Of a stretch of 64,000 nucleotides of DNA, positions 12,701 to 24,620 are shown piece after piece (position 1 is the first letter of the stretch; the number at the start of each line of letters is the position of its first letter). The DNA comes from Takakia lepidozioides (lineage: Eukaryota > Plantae > Bryophyta). The position numbers and the translations under genes are program-made. The stretch spans positions 52,700,001-52,764,000 of the forward strand of contig CM060733.1 of assembly GCA_030704615.1 (NCBI GenBank), given 5' to 3'. The notes below the pieces were generated by a model. It made no database searches. It saw only the letters and a list, made by a program, of their open reading frames with translations, and was not told the origin of the DNA.

Positions 12701-15700
12701 CAGGTGAGGTCTATGCACTATTGACTGCAGAGTCCCTCAGTAGGCATGCACCCATTGTCGGAACTGATGAAATCACTGGAGAGTTCTTACAGCTGGTCAC
12801 TTTACAAGATGTAGTTGATTTGTCTTGTACTCTTAGTTTGACTCTCCCAAGTTGTGAGACAGTATTCTTTCAGTTTCCCTGCTATTTGTTGTTTGTTCTT
12901 CCATTTCCTTTTTTGATGGGTTGTCCTCTCTTCTATAATGGTTTTACTTTGTGTAATGTTTGAAAACCTAGGATGTGGCTATCTCATTTTATTTTACCTC
13001 TCGAGTTTAGAGCTTACTAAAATCTCACATACATATCAACTGCAGAGGAGGTTGTTCATGGCTATGTTATGGAGGTTCTGCTTGAGTTGATCCGTGGCGA
13101 CATCTATACCTTGGGCCCTTGTGTAGTCATCACCTAAAACTTGCTGTTGAGCTCACTGCTAAACTTAGCCGTTGATGAGCAGGTGAGCCAGTACACCACA
13201 GAAGGACTAGAGAGGGCGATGGATGCATTAACTGAAGCCGCTCAGCTGCGTGACCGCTTCTCAATTGGCTCTACTGTCAGTCGCCGTGTGGCTGCGGCTG
13301 CCGCAGCTGCAGTATGTGCTTTTTGCCTCCTTCTATCTCTGTTTTGACTCCTTCACAGTTCAGGAGACCGTATTCTCTCTTTCCACACCTAGTCCTCTGC
13401 ACATAGGGTGCCATCTCTCTGCCATGGACACGAGAGCCATATCAGACATTGGGTCAATGCCTGGTCCACTTTGATATTCTTACCCCCTAATTGCCGAATT
13501 GACTCTATTTGGGTTGGTCAGTTTTTTTCTTATCTTCCTGTGGCTAGCTCCGATGGGAACCATGTCTGAAGGAAAAATGTCCGCTCAAGCTGGCACCAGC
13601 CAATTGGTCAGGAGAGTGAAGGTGAGGGGGAAAGACCCTCCTAAAGCTGATAGCTCAGTTGTTTTGGCCAACGCCATGGGCTAATTGCTGGCCACCTATC
13701 TACTTGTGACTTGGGTGGGACCCAAAAAATTCATGGCGCAAGCCCATCATGTCAAAGGGGTATTTGACCATGCAATTCCCAATACTTTCTAGCCATAAAG
13801 CATGTTGGATTTAACAAACAATGATCTACTTCAGAAACTCATTTTTAAAGAAGTGCTGCCAGATACATTTTACAGGAAAATCTAAGAAAAGTCCTTATTC
13901 TCTATTGAAAATAGCATTAGAGATCCCTTTCTATCAATTCTTTTTGAATCGTAGTTTTTGCTTACGAATGCAGAATTAGCTGATTCTTCTACACACATGT
14001 GGATATCGGTGAGAGCCTATTAGTACAGTTCAATTTTCTGGATGTGGTCTCCAAGACTGTATTTGTTGATGTTGATTTGCTCTGGTTAGAAAAGGACTGT
14101 TTTGGAAGCCTGTACTAAGAGAATCAGCCACTTGGATGTATGGGTACCTGCGAGAAACAGGCAGAGGCAGCGGCGGCGGCAGGGGAGAGCAGTGTTCGAT
14201 CATTTATGGTGGCTGTCCAAAGAGCCACCTCCAATGTGGCCATGGTTCAGCAAGTATAGCCCTGAATACAGTGCTAGTTTTACTTAAATAGCTGAGAACT
14301 CGTTGTCACGCTGATTTTACCATTTGATGGAGCACTGGTGTCTTAAGATTTATAGAAGATTTTGTCTGGCAGCATTTTGTGAACACAGTGGCCCGGTTGC
14401 TTCTTCCGGTGGATGGAGCACATGCTGCGTGCTGTGAAGAAATGGCGACAGCTATGGCTAATGCAGAGGGGGCAGCCTTGAAAGGCCTTCAAAACTGCAT
14501 CGACACTATTATTGCTGAGGTGACCAGTACCAGACTGTCTCTCTCATGTAGTCTCAGTAGGATCATTGCTTGCAAAGGGCTGCGGAGGAAAACCTACTTG
14601 TCTTGTGATGTATCCGATCAAGCAAAGCAAAGAAGCATTGAACAAACTATATTGGAACAATAGCATTGGACTGCTCCTTGTATGATATGGGTTGAAGCCT
14701 TAGTCCCGGGGTTTTTGGACTGCAGGTAGAGCGGCTTTTAGCGGCAGAGCAGAAGGCGACTGACTTTCGACCTCCTGAAGATGGGAATCCACCTGATCAT
14801 CGCCCCACTGTTGCCTGCACAAAGTGACTGTCCTTTCCTTCCTACTGCTGCTGTCAGTAAACTTGTACAGCCTTGTAGTTTGTGCATCCAACATTTGGGA
14901 TTAAGCGGTTATCATGAAAGTCAGGCTCCTATAGAGGCATCCTCAAGTCAGGCTTGTGAGGTAGAAATTCCAGAGAAACTGGAGTGCTTGGAGTCTAGCA
15001 GTCTACTGACGGTTCATGAGATTGTCATGTACATGAAGCAAAAGTGGTATGTTTATCTCTATGCATGTCTTGATCACGCTAGGGTCACTGCATATCTGGA
15101 GCACATGCTTGAAGCAGCGTATGGTGCCTTGGAAGGTCTCAACAAGCAAGCCTTCATGACAGAGCTGGTATTGATGCACCACTTTGAATGCAAACTTATG
15201 CACATGCTATGAAAGGTATGAATACTCTTAGGTTCTCACCGATGTCCTCTGGTTGGTCACGAAGAGCTCCAGGTGCCTCCAAATACCATTCCCAATGTGG
15301 ACACAAATGAATGTCACCTGCATTTTTGTTTCCCAGATGAGCCTTACCAACCTAAGAGTGAATGAAACCCATCCTGAGGACAGTGCTGTAAACCGGTTAG
15401 AGTGGGTTTGGCAGGGAAATCGGCTTTACAAGGGGTTCCTTATTCATTGGCAACGCTTCACTTTCAGTGCCAGGTGCTTTCAGGCAACTTTGTCTCAGGG
15501 CAATGCTGATTATCAGCACAGCTATCAAGTTCTCCACACTTCTTAGCTTCTTGTCTCTTGATCTGGTATAGTGTGGAGTATAGTCAGTTGATCAGAATCA
15601 GAATCTCTCTCTTCTGTGCTTTTCTGTTGACTGCCATTAGATGCTCATTGATCCATGTTTCCCTATCTTGGCTGCCACATGTTAGCCGCTCTTTTTTGCC

Positions 15701-16784
15701 CTCAAATTTTTGACCATTTAACTCTGGTGTCTTTAAGCCTGAATTTCCTGTTTTGGATAACATGAGAAAGAGAGTTTCTCAGTTCTTTGTGTGGGAGGTG
15801 TGCAGTGGGGGATTGCGGTTGAAGCGCGATGTTTCTGAGTATGCTGAGTTTGTACGAAGCTTCAAGGCTCCGGCTGTTGATGAAAAGTTTGAGCTTCTTG
15901 GCACGTGAGTGGTTTCTGCAGTCACATCCCAGTTTCAAACTGACTGTTGGAAAGTGGCTAGAATATGGTTGTTACATGAAAGAAATGAAATGAAATGAAA
16001 TGGTGCTTTATAACGTCCGCGCGGAAAGAAAGAAAGAGTATTTACAACGTCCACAGGGGCTGGCCCCAAGGGCCTATGGGACAAAAACAGACCTTCTCTC
16101 ACAAGTGGATGTGGATGGTTGGCAGGTTGGTGAACGTGTTTATTGTGGCACCCGAGAGCTTGCCCACTTTGGTGGATGGCAGCTTGAAACAAGCACGAAC
16201 AGAGGCAATCCGGTACGTAGTCCGAACACACCAATTTCAGTCAGTCAGTAAGATTTATTTTCTAGATGTGAAGGGGTCTCTCTCCCTGAAGCATTGCACA
16301 AGACAACTGGTCCTCTCTGTGGATTGGCAATGCCGGACTGTCAGAGGCTTAGAAAGCAACTATTTGAAAACATCCCTGCCTAGCATCTGTCGTATAGCAA
16401 GCAGGGGTTTCCATCTGTCCACCAATCAGCAGACCAAGTGCCGTCAGTAGTGCTCCCGTCTGCCCCACCAGTAGGAGCATTCGATTATTATTCAGTGTCA
16501 TACACTGCTCAGGGTGTTTACATTGGCTGTCTCCGTGAGGTATTCGAAACTCAGCGGCTGATTTGGGGTCTGGGTTGGAAACCTTGACTGCATAGTGTGC
16601 AGCCGGCTCCTTTACCTCTGGGATGTATGTTATATGTTCTGTTTGTCTGCCTACACATGCTGCAAAAATGGGATATTATATTCTGTGTTTGGGGTGGGGG
16701 GGAGGTTGTTGATGCAGGTTTATTCAACTAAGGGAGGACTACAAGACAGCCAAGATTGCGAGTAGGTTCACCTCATTGGTTTAG
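3797..16784 (+). CDS. SEC10: Exocyst complex component SEC10 (EXOC5), 24 coding exons, 840 aa
   Basis: GT-AG exons: 3797-3907, 4816-5052, 5217-5291, 5664-5765, 6343-6393, 6898-7003, 7384-7509, 9571-9662, 9829-9997, 10158-10234, 10444-10542, 11454-11544, 11844-11929, 12184-12366, 12650-12703, 13183-13311, 14161-14253, 14373-14519, 14726-14823, 15083-15167, 15415-15473, 15806-15904, 16126-16212, 16718-16784. They sum to 2523 nt with consistent phases. Peptides such as LPLLLDIDDFKG, GVGQTAARIGDHLQ, YLMEFNGNPGDLMELS, LLLPVDGAHAACCEEM, GGLRLKRD and FIQLREDYK match plant SEC10 as I recall it. Confidence 0.95.
7625..7647. repeat. Interstitial plant telomeric repeat (CCCTAAA)3 in SEC10 intron 7
   Basis: aaccctaaaccctaaaccctaaa, immediately followed by a perfect 14-bp fold-back (7647-7660 / 7669-7682). 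Confidence 0.85.
8330..9378 (+). mobile_element. Internally deleted non-LTR retrotransposon (RTE-X-like) with (CATTT)n tail in SEC10 intron 7
   Basis: APE-endonuclease end motif (PDSDH) and linker (FYDEECKTARR..YKSLIRSKK..SPRSFWSLLK) are joined directly to a C-terminal zinc-finger region (RFRVGSHNLRIETGRW..RLCPAC..ETEEHFFFYCPLY). No RT domain lies between them. The element ends in (CATTT)4 at 9358-9377. The clade assignment is an inference. Confidence 0.75.
10841..11315. repeat. Near-perfect 238-bp direct tandem duplication in SEC10 intron 11
   Basis: Copy 1 is 10841-11078 and copy 2 is 11079-11315. Both begin agtgtcactccaatccgtgtaactccc and end gtaagaggaggtgggga, with only a few differences. 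Confidence 0.95.
15982..16028 (-). mobile_element. 47-bp 3'-terminal stub of the same LINE family, inverted, in SEC10 intron 22
   Basis: Reverse complement ctttccgcgcggacgttataaagcaccatttcatttcatttcatttc matches 9334-9378 apart from a 2-nt indel. Confidence 0.85.
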
Positions 16785-19656
16785 TGATGGATTACCATTT
16801 CAACTTCTTTTTTACCACATTGGTGTTGTTGTGGGAGCTGGCTCTACGGCTTTCTCCTCTCTGTCTGGTCACACAGAGTGACCGCACAACAATTCTTATG
16901 TGCGTTTTTATATAAGCTAAGTGTGCTGACTGGTTTAGCCAAGGTTCTTGAGCTCACCATCACAACCAGCATTCCACCAGGTGACAACTGTCTCTCTCAG
17001 CTTATAGATCCGAGTGTCAACTCCTATACCCTCACGAGGTCTTGGGCTAGATGTGTTGCTCCTTACATAATGGTGAATCACTGCTTCAATCCTGGCATGG
17101 TCAAGCACAAGTCTCTGACCGTACAACCATATGGAATCCAGTCCTAGGGCACGAACCCGCTTGTAGTGGACACTAACAGCATGGTAAAATAGCTCCAGAT
17201 GCGTAGCCATATCTTTGATGACCACACTGTTTTGAGGTTGTCTACTGGACTTACATGTACTCATCAAACTCCATAGGTCCGTGTGTCAATGTTGATTAAT
17301 GCTGAGATGTCAGCTGCGTTGTCAAGTCGTATGTGCCATCTATAATGCAAATGTTCTCCGAGCACATGTGGCGAGTTTTCCATGATCTATTGATATGCAG
17401 CTCGTATTCACTTTGCAGAGGAGGAGATGAACCTCACATCAATTGGCACTCAACAGCACACTTCACGATGATGTACTACTGAAATGAAACACGCTTCCAT
17501 CATTGCAGCTCGGAGGAATTATTTTCCATGTGTGACAGTTGTTCAATTGATGTACCAATGTGAGGTTCGTGGCTTTTGAACGCCTGGCAGCCCCTCACCT
17601 TTAACATGTCCTGCCAGATGTTTTCGCCTAGCCCTTCCAGCTTTGCTAGTCGACCATCTGCCCGCAGCAGCTCTCGTGGTACTCCAGTGCCCATGAGAGT
17701 GACACACTACATCCCTGCCTTCTTCAGCATGTTGAAGGTAACTGTGCCTGATTCAACCTGCAATCTCTCTGCAACATATGAACAGGGTTTTTGTCTGTTT
17801 GCTACTGTTACTCGCAACAGTTGGTCTCTACCAAACTTTCATGTGCGAAACTCTGACAATTATTGTCTGGTATATGCAAGGTACTTACTAAAACAGGGTT
17901 GGACTCTCCCATACATACAACAACATAGCTATGAGCAAACGTCCCATTGTCCCATCGGTGCTAAAATGCTGGATTTTCACCGCCATTGTATTGTCTACAC
18001 CTACTAGAACCATTACCTGACTGCTGTATCATGACAGCTACCTTGGGGGCCTCCCAACGAGTTTCACCAACTTGCCATAAGGACTGTCAAGTATTTTGTC
18101 TGGGTGGCCTCTTCAGGTGATTTTAATCAAGAAACCTCGTCCTCTACCCTGGCTACTTTAATGATTTGATGCAAGTGATGAGATGCAGTCTACTACCCTT
18201 GGGATGGCCGAAGAGCTAAACCCCTTGTCAAATTTGGAATAGATTCATGAAAAGAATTTATGTGGCTGCAATTCTCCCAGTTTGCACCTCAGCTCCTCAT
18301 CAACATCGCAAGCAAACCAACGCATTAATTGCACAAATCCAGCCATTTGGTCCTCCTCTCTGTTTCGTGCCATTATCATTCACCCATGGATGCATCTGCT
18401 CAGTCCCTTTTTGATTGTTTTGGTTCTTCTCTGTGATGTTATTGTGGGGGGGGGGGTGGGGTGGGGGAGTGTTTACACTGCATGGGAATGTTGGCGTAAT
18501 TCTTCACACAAATCATAGCTATGCAACATGGGAATATGGCGTTACCCTCTTGTCTGCCCTGTAGGAGAGAAGTAAAGATTTTCTCTTAAGAATGTTGCTC
18601 GCATCAGCTGGTATCTTCTCTCTTCTTCTCTTCTTTAACATCATACAGTGAGCATGAGGCCGGTTTTTACCTATGCAGGTAGTCCCCACTCATGTTCCAA
18701 CAGGAAGAAAGATGGAGATGACAGAGTTCAATTTGCAAGGTATCGTTCAGTTTAGGCCTAAAAACACATTTTGCCACCATCACTGCAATCCTGCAAGAAA
18801 AAAAGAAAAAGGTAACTCCATGAACTGTTTCTCTCCCATGGCCCCCATGATGTTCTCTGTGGACATATATTGCTCTTTTTTTTGCCTCTCCGGGATCTCC
18901 AATGGGTGTTCTCACACACACATGCAGATCAAGTCTTGCTAGTTACTCCATTGTGCTCCTCAGTTCTGATACCAGGAAAGTCTTTGTGCATTGCAAAGAA
19001 ACTCCCATCCTGCCATTCTGTGGCTGGTTGACAAAGGCTTTGGTTAGAATTCAGAGCTTCGAAAATTGAACATACAATGGAACATGCCATAACCTGAAAG
19101 ATGGCAATAGTTTGAACTAGAGCAGATAACCAGCTTGATGTAGTCTGGGCCACAGTATGTAGTAGGAGGAAGAGAATGTCTGAAGCAATTACCTTCTTGC
19201 AAATGATCACTCTGTGTTTGCGTTTGGAAGCTCTGAGGGCTCCAGATTTCTAACAGAATCAGGTACTCCTGGACAGGTCAAGGGGCTTTTGTTCTCCAGT
19301 CCGTATTCATTCTGGAGGTGAATTACAGCACTGCCTTAAAGAAGATGCCCTTCTACAGCGTGAGACAAAGCACATGGAACAAAGCTTTCAATTGAACACC
19401 GCAGTTCCATCACTACATTGCGATATTTCAAGTTTATTTCACTGCAAAGGCTGCGTGAAAGAAGGGAATCTCACATGATTTCATAGCTGGTCAGAAGGGC
19501 TCAGGATTCATCATCCCAAACTTTAATTTCTCGCCCCTCACTATCGAGAAACGAAATAGCAGGCCCCCCTCCCCTTGTCCAGAAGTATACAAACAATCAT
19601 CGCAACAGAACAGATTGTCACCTACACCTGCTACCCTTGAAGAGGCCTGGGCACAA

Positions 19657-20100
19657 TCAATCATCTTTGGTATTCATGAACCCTCCCATGAAGCCAGCTC
19701 CGTTGCAGTTTCCACAAAGCATTTGTCTCTTGCCTCTGCAAAGCCAGCAGGTAGTGCCAGCTTTGAAGCGGCCATCAAAGTGGTCCACAGAATTGAGGCC
19801 GTTCCCCTCGCACTGTGAGCACACTACTGCCCCATTTCCGGTGCAGTTTGAGCATAGAAGGCTGTTGACTTTACTTGGAGGCGTGGACTGTGATGCCTGG
19901 ACGCACACACGCCCCCGACCTGTTCTACACTGAGGAGGACCACCATCACCGCATTTCCGAGCGCACTCCACAGCAGCAGTCTTCCGTGAGAAAGAGAAAG
20001 AGGGCGCCCTTACTATGAGCTGCATCTGAGGGCACCCACACCATGCCGCTGATGCCAAGGACGCTGTGATGCCCTGTGCTGTTGTTGTAAGCCCCGCCAT
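19657..20100 (-). CDS. BSD2: BUNDLE SHEATH DEFECTIVE 2 (DnaJ-like zinc-finger Rubisco assembly chaperone), plastid-targeted, intronless, 147 aa
   Basis: Four CxxCxGxG-type motifs (LLCSNCTGNG, CSQCEGNG..DHFDGRFKAG..CWLCRGKR, CGNCNGAGFMGGFM) match BSD2. The N-terminus is Ser/Ala/Thr-rich like a transit peptide and starts at the ATG at 20100. Confidence 0.92.
   Translation of the reverse strand: MAGLTTTAQGITASLASAAWCGCPQMQLIVRAPSFSFSRKTAAVECARKCGDGGPPQCRTGRGRVCVQASQSTPPSKVNSLLCSNCTGNGAVVCSQCEGNGLNSVDHFDGRFKAGTTCWLCRGKRQMLCGNCNGAGFMGGFMNTKDD

Positions 20101-20102
<2 letters not shown>

Positions 20103-20136
<34 letters not shown>
20103..20136. repeat. (CT)17 microsatellite immediately 5' of the BSD2 ATG
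   Basis: Direct reading; GA repeat on the coding strand. Confidence 0.95.
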
Positions 20137-20140
<4 letters not shown>

Positions 20141-20755
20141 ACTCTCAAGATCGTCTTGTCCTCCTTGTCATTTTATCTCTATCCACTCGATACTGTGTTT
20201 TCTAGTAGTATAATAAGTCAATTCTTAGGGTTAAGGTGTAAGATTTCTCAAGACGTTTGGAGTTCAAATCTGCTTGCTGATGAGCATTCAATCACCCGAG
20301 AACATTTTCATGGTGAAAGAGAAGAGGATGTTGAATCTGCACAGTGCAGAGACGAGATGACGGAGTGGGTCGTCTCTCAGTTGTGTAACACCAGAGGTTT
20401 TGAAGGATGGGTTGGCGACCTGTGGTTGCGAGGCTGTTTTCCATAGGGGCGATTTCAGAAGGTGCATAGCGCAATCTAATTTCTACAGAGTTTGTGATCG
20501 ACAAATCTCAAAACTATGAACGACGTTGGGATTCCAGGTGGGAGGAGCGGTAAGGATCCCTCTTCTGTGGCAATCTACAGGAATTCTACGTGAATGGCTA
20601 TCCTCGAGCACCTGGGAGTTGTGTTGGGGAATCCTGAAGTCTGTCAGGGATTTTTTGGCTTCCTTCACTTGTCCAACCGCTCTTTCTAGCCAGTTGTATC
20701 GCTTAATCGCTTGCGTAGGCATGCCATTATCGATTTCCAATGTACCTGACAGTGA

Positions 20756-20910
20756 TCCAATCTAATGCTAGGATTGCATTGGCCTCCACAGGGTGGTCTC
20801 TCCTTTGACGACCTCTTCAAGAAGTTGGTGACAGATGTTTTTGCTGTCTTTGCAAGAAGATGAAGTCAAGTCGGTTGATGGCGGTCAGACTCACGTTTCC
20901 AATGGTAACT
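20756..20910 (+). pseudogene. Degenerate duplicate of the SEC10 intron 1 end and the 5' half of exon 2
   Basis: tccaatctaatgcta..cagggtggtctctcctttgacgacctcttcaagaagttggtgacagatg..tttccaatggtaact aligns to 4779-4933. It has an extra T (frameshift) and is truncated. Confidence 0.9.
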
Positions 20911-21480
20911 CTCAGTTTAACGACAATTCTCCTCGTAGTAGCAAAAGTGGTCCTCGCTGTTGGTTACAGTAGCTGTTCTTCTTGTTGGCAGCCTCACATA
21001 CACACCAGGTTACACCACCAAACTTACAAGAATCTTTCCAACAATAGGGACCAGAAGAGCTGAAGGTATAGCTACTCAGCCACAAACTGGTGCACATTCC
21101 ACAGAAACGTCCAAGATCCCCAGACTTCAGACACAATCACACAGATGAGGTACTTTGGATTGAGGGTTGGTCAAACCACCCTTGGGTGAAAGCAGAGGTA
21201 TCTGCCAAGATACAGGGTCGAGCACAATCTGGTGATGGTTCTTTTGTCGATATACACCATGGAGCTCCAGGGTATTGTTTTGATGATGATTTAAGTGCTT
21301 CAACCAAATAGAATTCGTACAGTTTATTCTTATTGTAGGTGACTCTACAGTACTTTTGCATCCTCTTCATATATAGCAAGGACCATCTCCGTATTTAGAA
21401 AAAGTCTCTAGGAGCTTTGAGATACATTGTATGAGAGTCGTATTGTAAAGGTTTGTAATTTGGAGTTTGGGTCATGCAGT

Positions 21481-22953
21481 ATGGTAGGTTTAAATCAGGC
21501 ACAGTTTGAATCAGGCAGTCCCACAAGGACCACTGCTGCCGAAAGAGGACCAAGAGACGCAGTTAACAAGAACATTTCTGGCATTTGTGGAGAAGTGAGG
21601 ACTATATTTAAGACAGGACAAGTGAAGTATGCACTGCACATTTTGAACCAAGGAGGTATGTCAGGAGACTCCAATACTTATGTCTCTCTCTTGCAGAAGT
21701 GCACAAACATGAAAGGCCTAGCCGAGGGAAAGCAGGTACACACACACATTATCCAAAGTGGATTCCAGCCAGACATCCTTCTACTCAACACCCTTATCAA
21801 CATGTATGCCAAGTGCGGAAACGTGGTGGATGCACGCCAAGTGTTTGACAAAATGCCTGAACGAACTCTGTTTACGTGGACTATAATGATAGCAGGATAT
21901 GCCAAGCATGGGTGTGGCAGGGAGGCTTTCAAGATGTATGAGCATATGCAACAGGATGGCGTTACGCCCAACAAAGTCACATTCACTTGCGTTCTCAATG
22001 CATGTGCTAGCCTGGCAGCCCTGGATAAAGGCAAAGAGGTCCACGCAGATATCATCAAAGCTGGAGTTATTCCAGATATAATTCTGGAGAACACCCTTGT
22101 TGACATGTATGCCAAATGTGGGAGTGTAAAAGATGCATGCGAAGTATTTGCTAACATGGCTCAACGAGATGTGGTCTCATGGAGTGCAATGATTGCAGGA
22201 TATGCTCAGCAAGGGTGTGGTAGGGAGGCTTTGGAGATATATGAGCAGATGATACAGGAAAGGGTGCCGCCCAACAAGGTCACATTCACTTGTGTTCTCA
22301 ATGCGTGCGCCAGCCTAGGAGCCCTGGAAAAGGGCAAAGAGGTCCATGCTAATATAATGAAAGCTGGAGTTGGCCCTCATATCATTCTAGATACTGCACT
22401 TGTTGCGATGTATTCCAAGTGCGGGAGCTTAATGGATGCATGGCAAGTGTTCAACAATATGCCTCACCGAAATGTGGTCTCATGGAATGCAATGATTACA
22501 GCATATGGTCAGCATGGATACTCGAGGGAGGCCCTTCAATTATTTGAGCACATGCAACAGGAAGGCTTGAAGCCAAACCGTATCACCTTCACAAGTGTTT
22601 TGTCTGCATGTAGCCATGTAGGCCTAGTGGATGAAGGCCGTCACTACTTTGAGTCTATGAGGCGAGATCATGGCCTAAGTCCTACAGTGGAGCATTTTGG
22701 CTGCATGGTAGACCTCCTGGGCCGTGCAGGGCAGTTTGATGATGCAGAGGACTTCATTAACAGAATGCCGGTTCAACCTGATGCTTCTGCATGGGGGGCC
22801 TTGCTTGGTGCCTGCAGAATACATGGCAATGTAGAGCTAGCAGAACGTGTGGCAAAATGCTTCTCAAGTGGGCTCCACAGCATGCTCCAAATTATGTGCT
22901 GCGATGGAACTTCTATGTTACAGTTGGCCGGTAGGACAATAAACCAAAGGTGA
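21481..22953 (+). CDS. PLS-class pentatricopeptide repeat protein with frameshifted E domain and eroded DYW remnant (to about 23230); possibly a pseudogene
   Basis: Open PLS triplets (NTLINMYAKCG..A.QVFDKM / VVSWSAMIAGYAQQG / PNKVTFTCVLNACASLAALDKGKEVH), then L2-S2-E1 (HFGCMVDLLGRAG, WGALLGACRIHGN). After VAKC there is a frameshift and a stop, followed by remnants of EIHAELKR, VLHDV, CHHS and KNL in other frames. The start codon is uncertain. Confidence 0.85.
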   Translation: MVGLNQAQFESGSPTRTTAAERGPRDAVNKNISGICGEVRTIFKTGQVKYALHILNQGGMSGDSNTYVSLLQKCTNMKGLAEGKQVHTHIIQSGFQPDILLLNTLINMYAKCGNVVDARQVFDKMPERTLFTWTIMIAGYAKHGCGREAFKMYEHMQQDGVTPNKVTFTCVLNACASLAALDKGKEVHADIIKAGVIPDIILENTLVDMYAKCGSVKDACEVFANMAQRDVVSWSAMIAGYAQQGCGREALEIYEQMIQERVPPNKVTFTCVLNACASLGALEKGKEVHANIMKAGVGPHIILDTALVAMYSKCGSLMDAWQVFNNMPHRNVVSWNAMITAYGQHGYSREALQLFEHMQQEGLKPNRITFTSVLSACSHVGLVDEGRHYFESMRRDHGLSPTVEHFGCMVDLLGRAGQFDDAEDFINRMPVQPDASAWGALLGACRIHGNVELAERVAKCFSSGLHSMLQIMCCDGTSMLQLAGRTINQR

Positions 22954-24168
22954 GCAGAAACGCCTGATGACAGTGGTGCATGCGTTCGTCTGTTAAAACA
23001 ATTGACATCCACGCTGGAGGAGATCCATGCTGAGCTGAAGAGATTTTCTGGCGAGAGGAGACAAGATTGTATTGCATGATGTGGCTCTGAGAATTTTTTC
23101 ACTTGCCACCACAGTGTGCTGGCCTTCTGGGCTGAACTCCATCTCCTTCAGACACCTGTCTGTGTCACCAAGAACCTTTGATGTTTTGAATGATACAGCA
23201 GCTCCACCAAGTTTCTTGAAGACTTTGGATGTACAGTTGTTGGATGGCATGTCAATCCCCCACTCGGCCTCAGGTGGCTTGAAACGATTTCATCAGCATC
23301 ATGCCTTCTTTCTTTTTGTCGCATTGATTGCAACAATCAGTGCTGCGCTGTCAGTATGTATGATCATGAAACAGGGTAAATGCCAATCAACTGTGACGTC
23401 TGTTGCGCACAAGAGCTGGAGAGGATTTCACTATTTCAATCCCAATTCACCAGAGCTCTTGACAGGAAAGTTCAGGTATCATAAATACACAAGATCTTTG
23501 CGAATACAATAAGGTGAGTACTTGACCTGAGTTACTATTCTGAAGCTCAACAACAGTGGCAGATAATGGAGATTGTGCACAAGAGTGGCAGTGACATGGT
23601 GGAGCTTGCCACCTCCCTGTCTCAACTATACGAAAATCTCTACAAGAAGCTGGTTGTGTTTCTGTGTAGTTGTTTTGAGATCTGTTTGGAATGAAATCAA
23701 AGAGTTGTTTAAGCCTAGACACCTGCATTTTAATCGTGCGATCCTGTGTGCAAGCATCTTCAACAGACTGCTACTTTAATTCGATCCTTTACAGTAAGAA
23801 GGCAACGTAGTGTCTCCTCAGAAGAATCAGGCTAAATTGAAGTCCAAGATGAGGACAAGGTGTGCTTTGTCTTGCTCCATCAATCGTGATTATAGTCCAT
23901 CCCACCCCCTTGTGTAGGGGCACTGGACCCCTTCATCGCAGTCTTCAGAGACATTTGCGGGATAGATTATTTGGCCAGTGGGTGAAGTCATACCCTCAGT
24001 CGCGAAATTGTAAAATGGCATTTTTTCCAATTGACATTATCTTGAAGTTAGAAGTTATTTCTTCACAACATGAGTATCTAGACTGCAATCTCTTCTGTCT
24101 GCAAGAGACCCTTTCCTTTCTCGCAAAAGTGGTATGAGGAAGGTTGATATGGAATTCTTTGGCCGCAG

Positions 24169-24620
24169 GGACAACTATTTGGCAAGGCATTGAAAGTGCA
24201 GTGAGCGACTCAACAGAAGTAGTGTATGAGCCGTTTCCCAAAAGAAAATTTTCCAAGGACAAAGGATTGCCTATGCAATTGTGGTGATAGGAGAGGTCCC
24301 CTATGCAGAGACAATGGGTGATAACCTCAACCTCACCATCCCCCATCCAGGCATTGAGATCGTCAATATTGTCTTTGGCTCAGTCAAGTGTTTAGTAGTA
24401 CTGGTTTCTGGAAGGCCGCTGGTGGTGGAACCCCATTTTCCCTTGATGGACGTGCTTGTTGCAGCTTTGCTCCCCGGCAGTGAGGGCAATGGCATTGCTG
24501 ATGTGATTTTTGGGGATTATGATTTTGTAGGGAAGCTGCCTCACCCATGGTATCGATCTGTTGACCAGCTACCCATGAATGTTGGGGACAAACACTCCGT
24601 TTCTTCCATTTGGATTTGAA
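24169..24620 (+). pseudogene. Orphan terminal exon of a glycoside hydrolase family 3 (beta-glucan exohydrolase-like) gene
   Basis: cag|GGACAACTATT acceptor, then GTTIWQGI..TEVVY, a frameshift, and [81 protein letters not shown]. No upstream GH3 exons were found. Confidence 0.88.

Noticed and set aside
13404-13700. Possible MITE in SEC10 intron 16 (atagggtgcca .. tggccacctat)
   Set aside because: The inverted repeat is short and imperfect, with no TSD.
17400-19000. Exon-like AG..GT segments between SEC10 and BSD2 (e.g. about 17618-17737 and 18679-18739)
   Set aside because: No recognisable protein and no consistent reading frame could be assembled.
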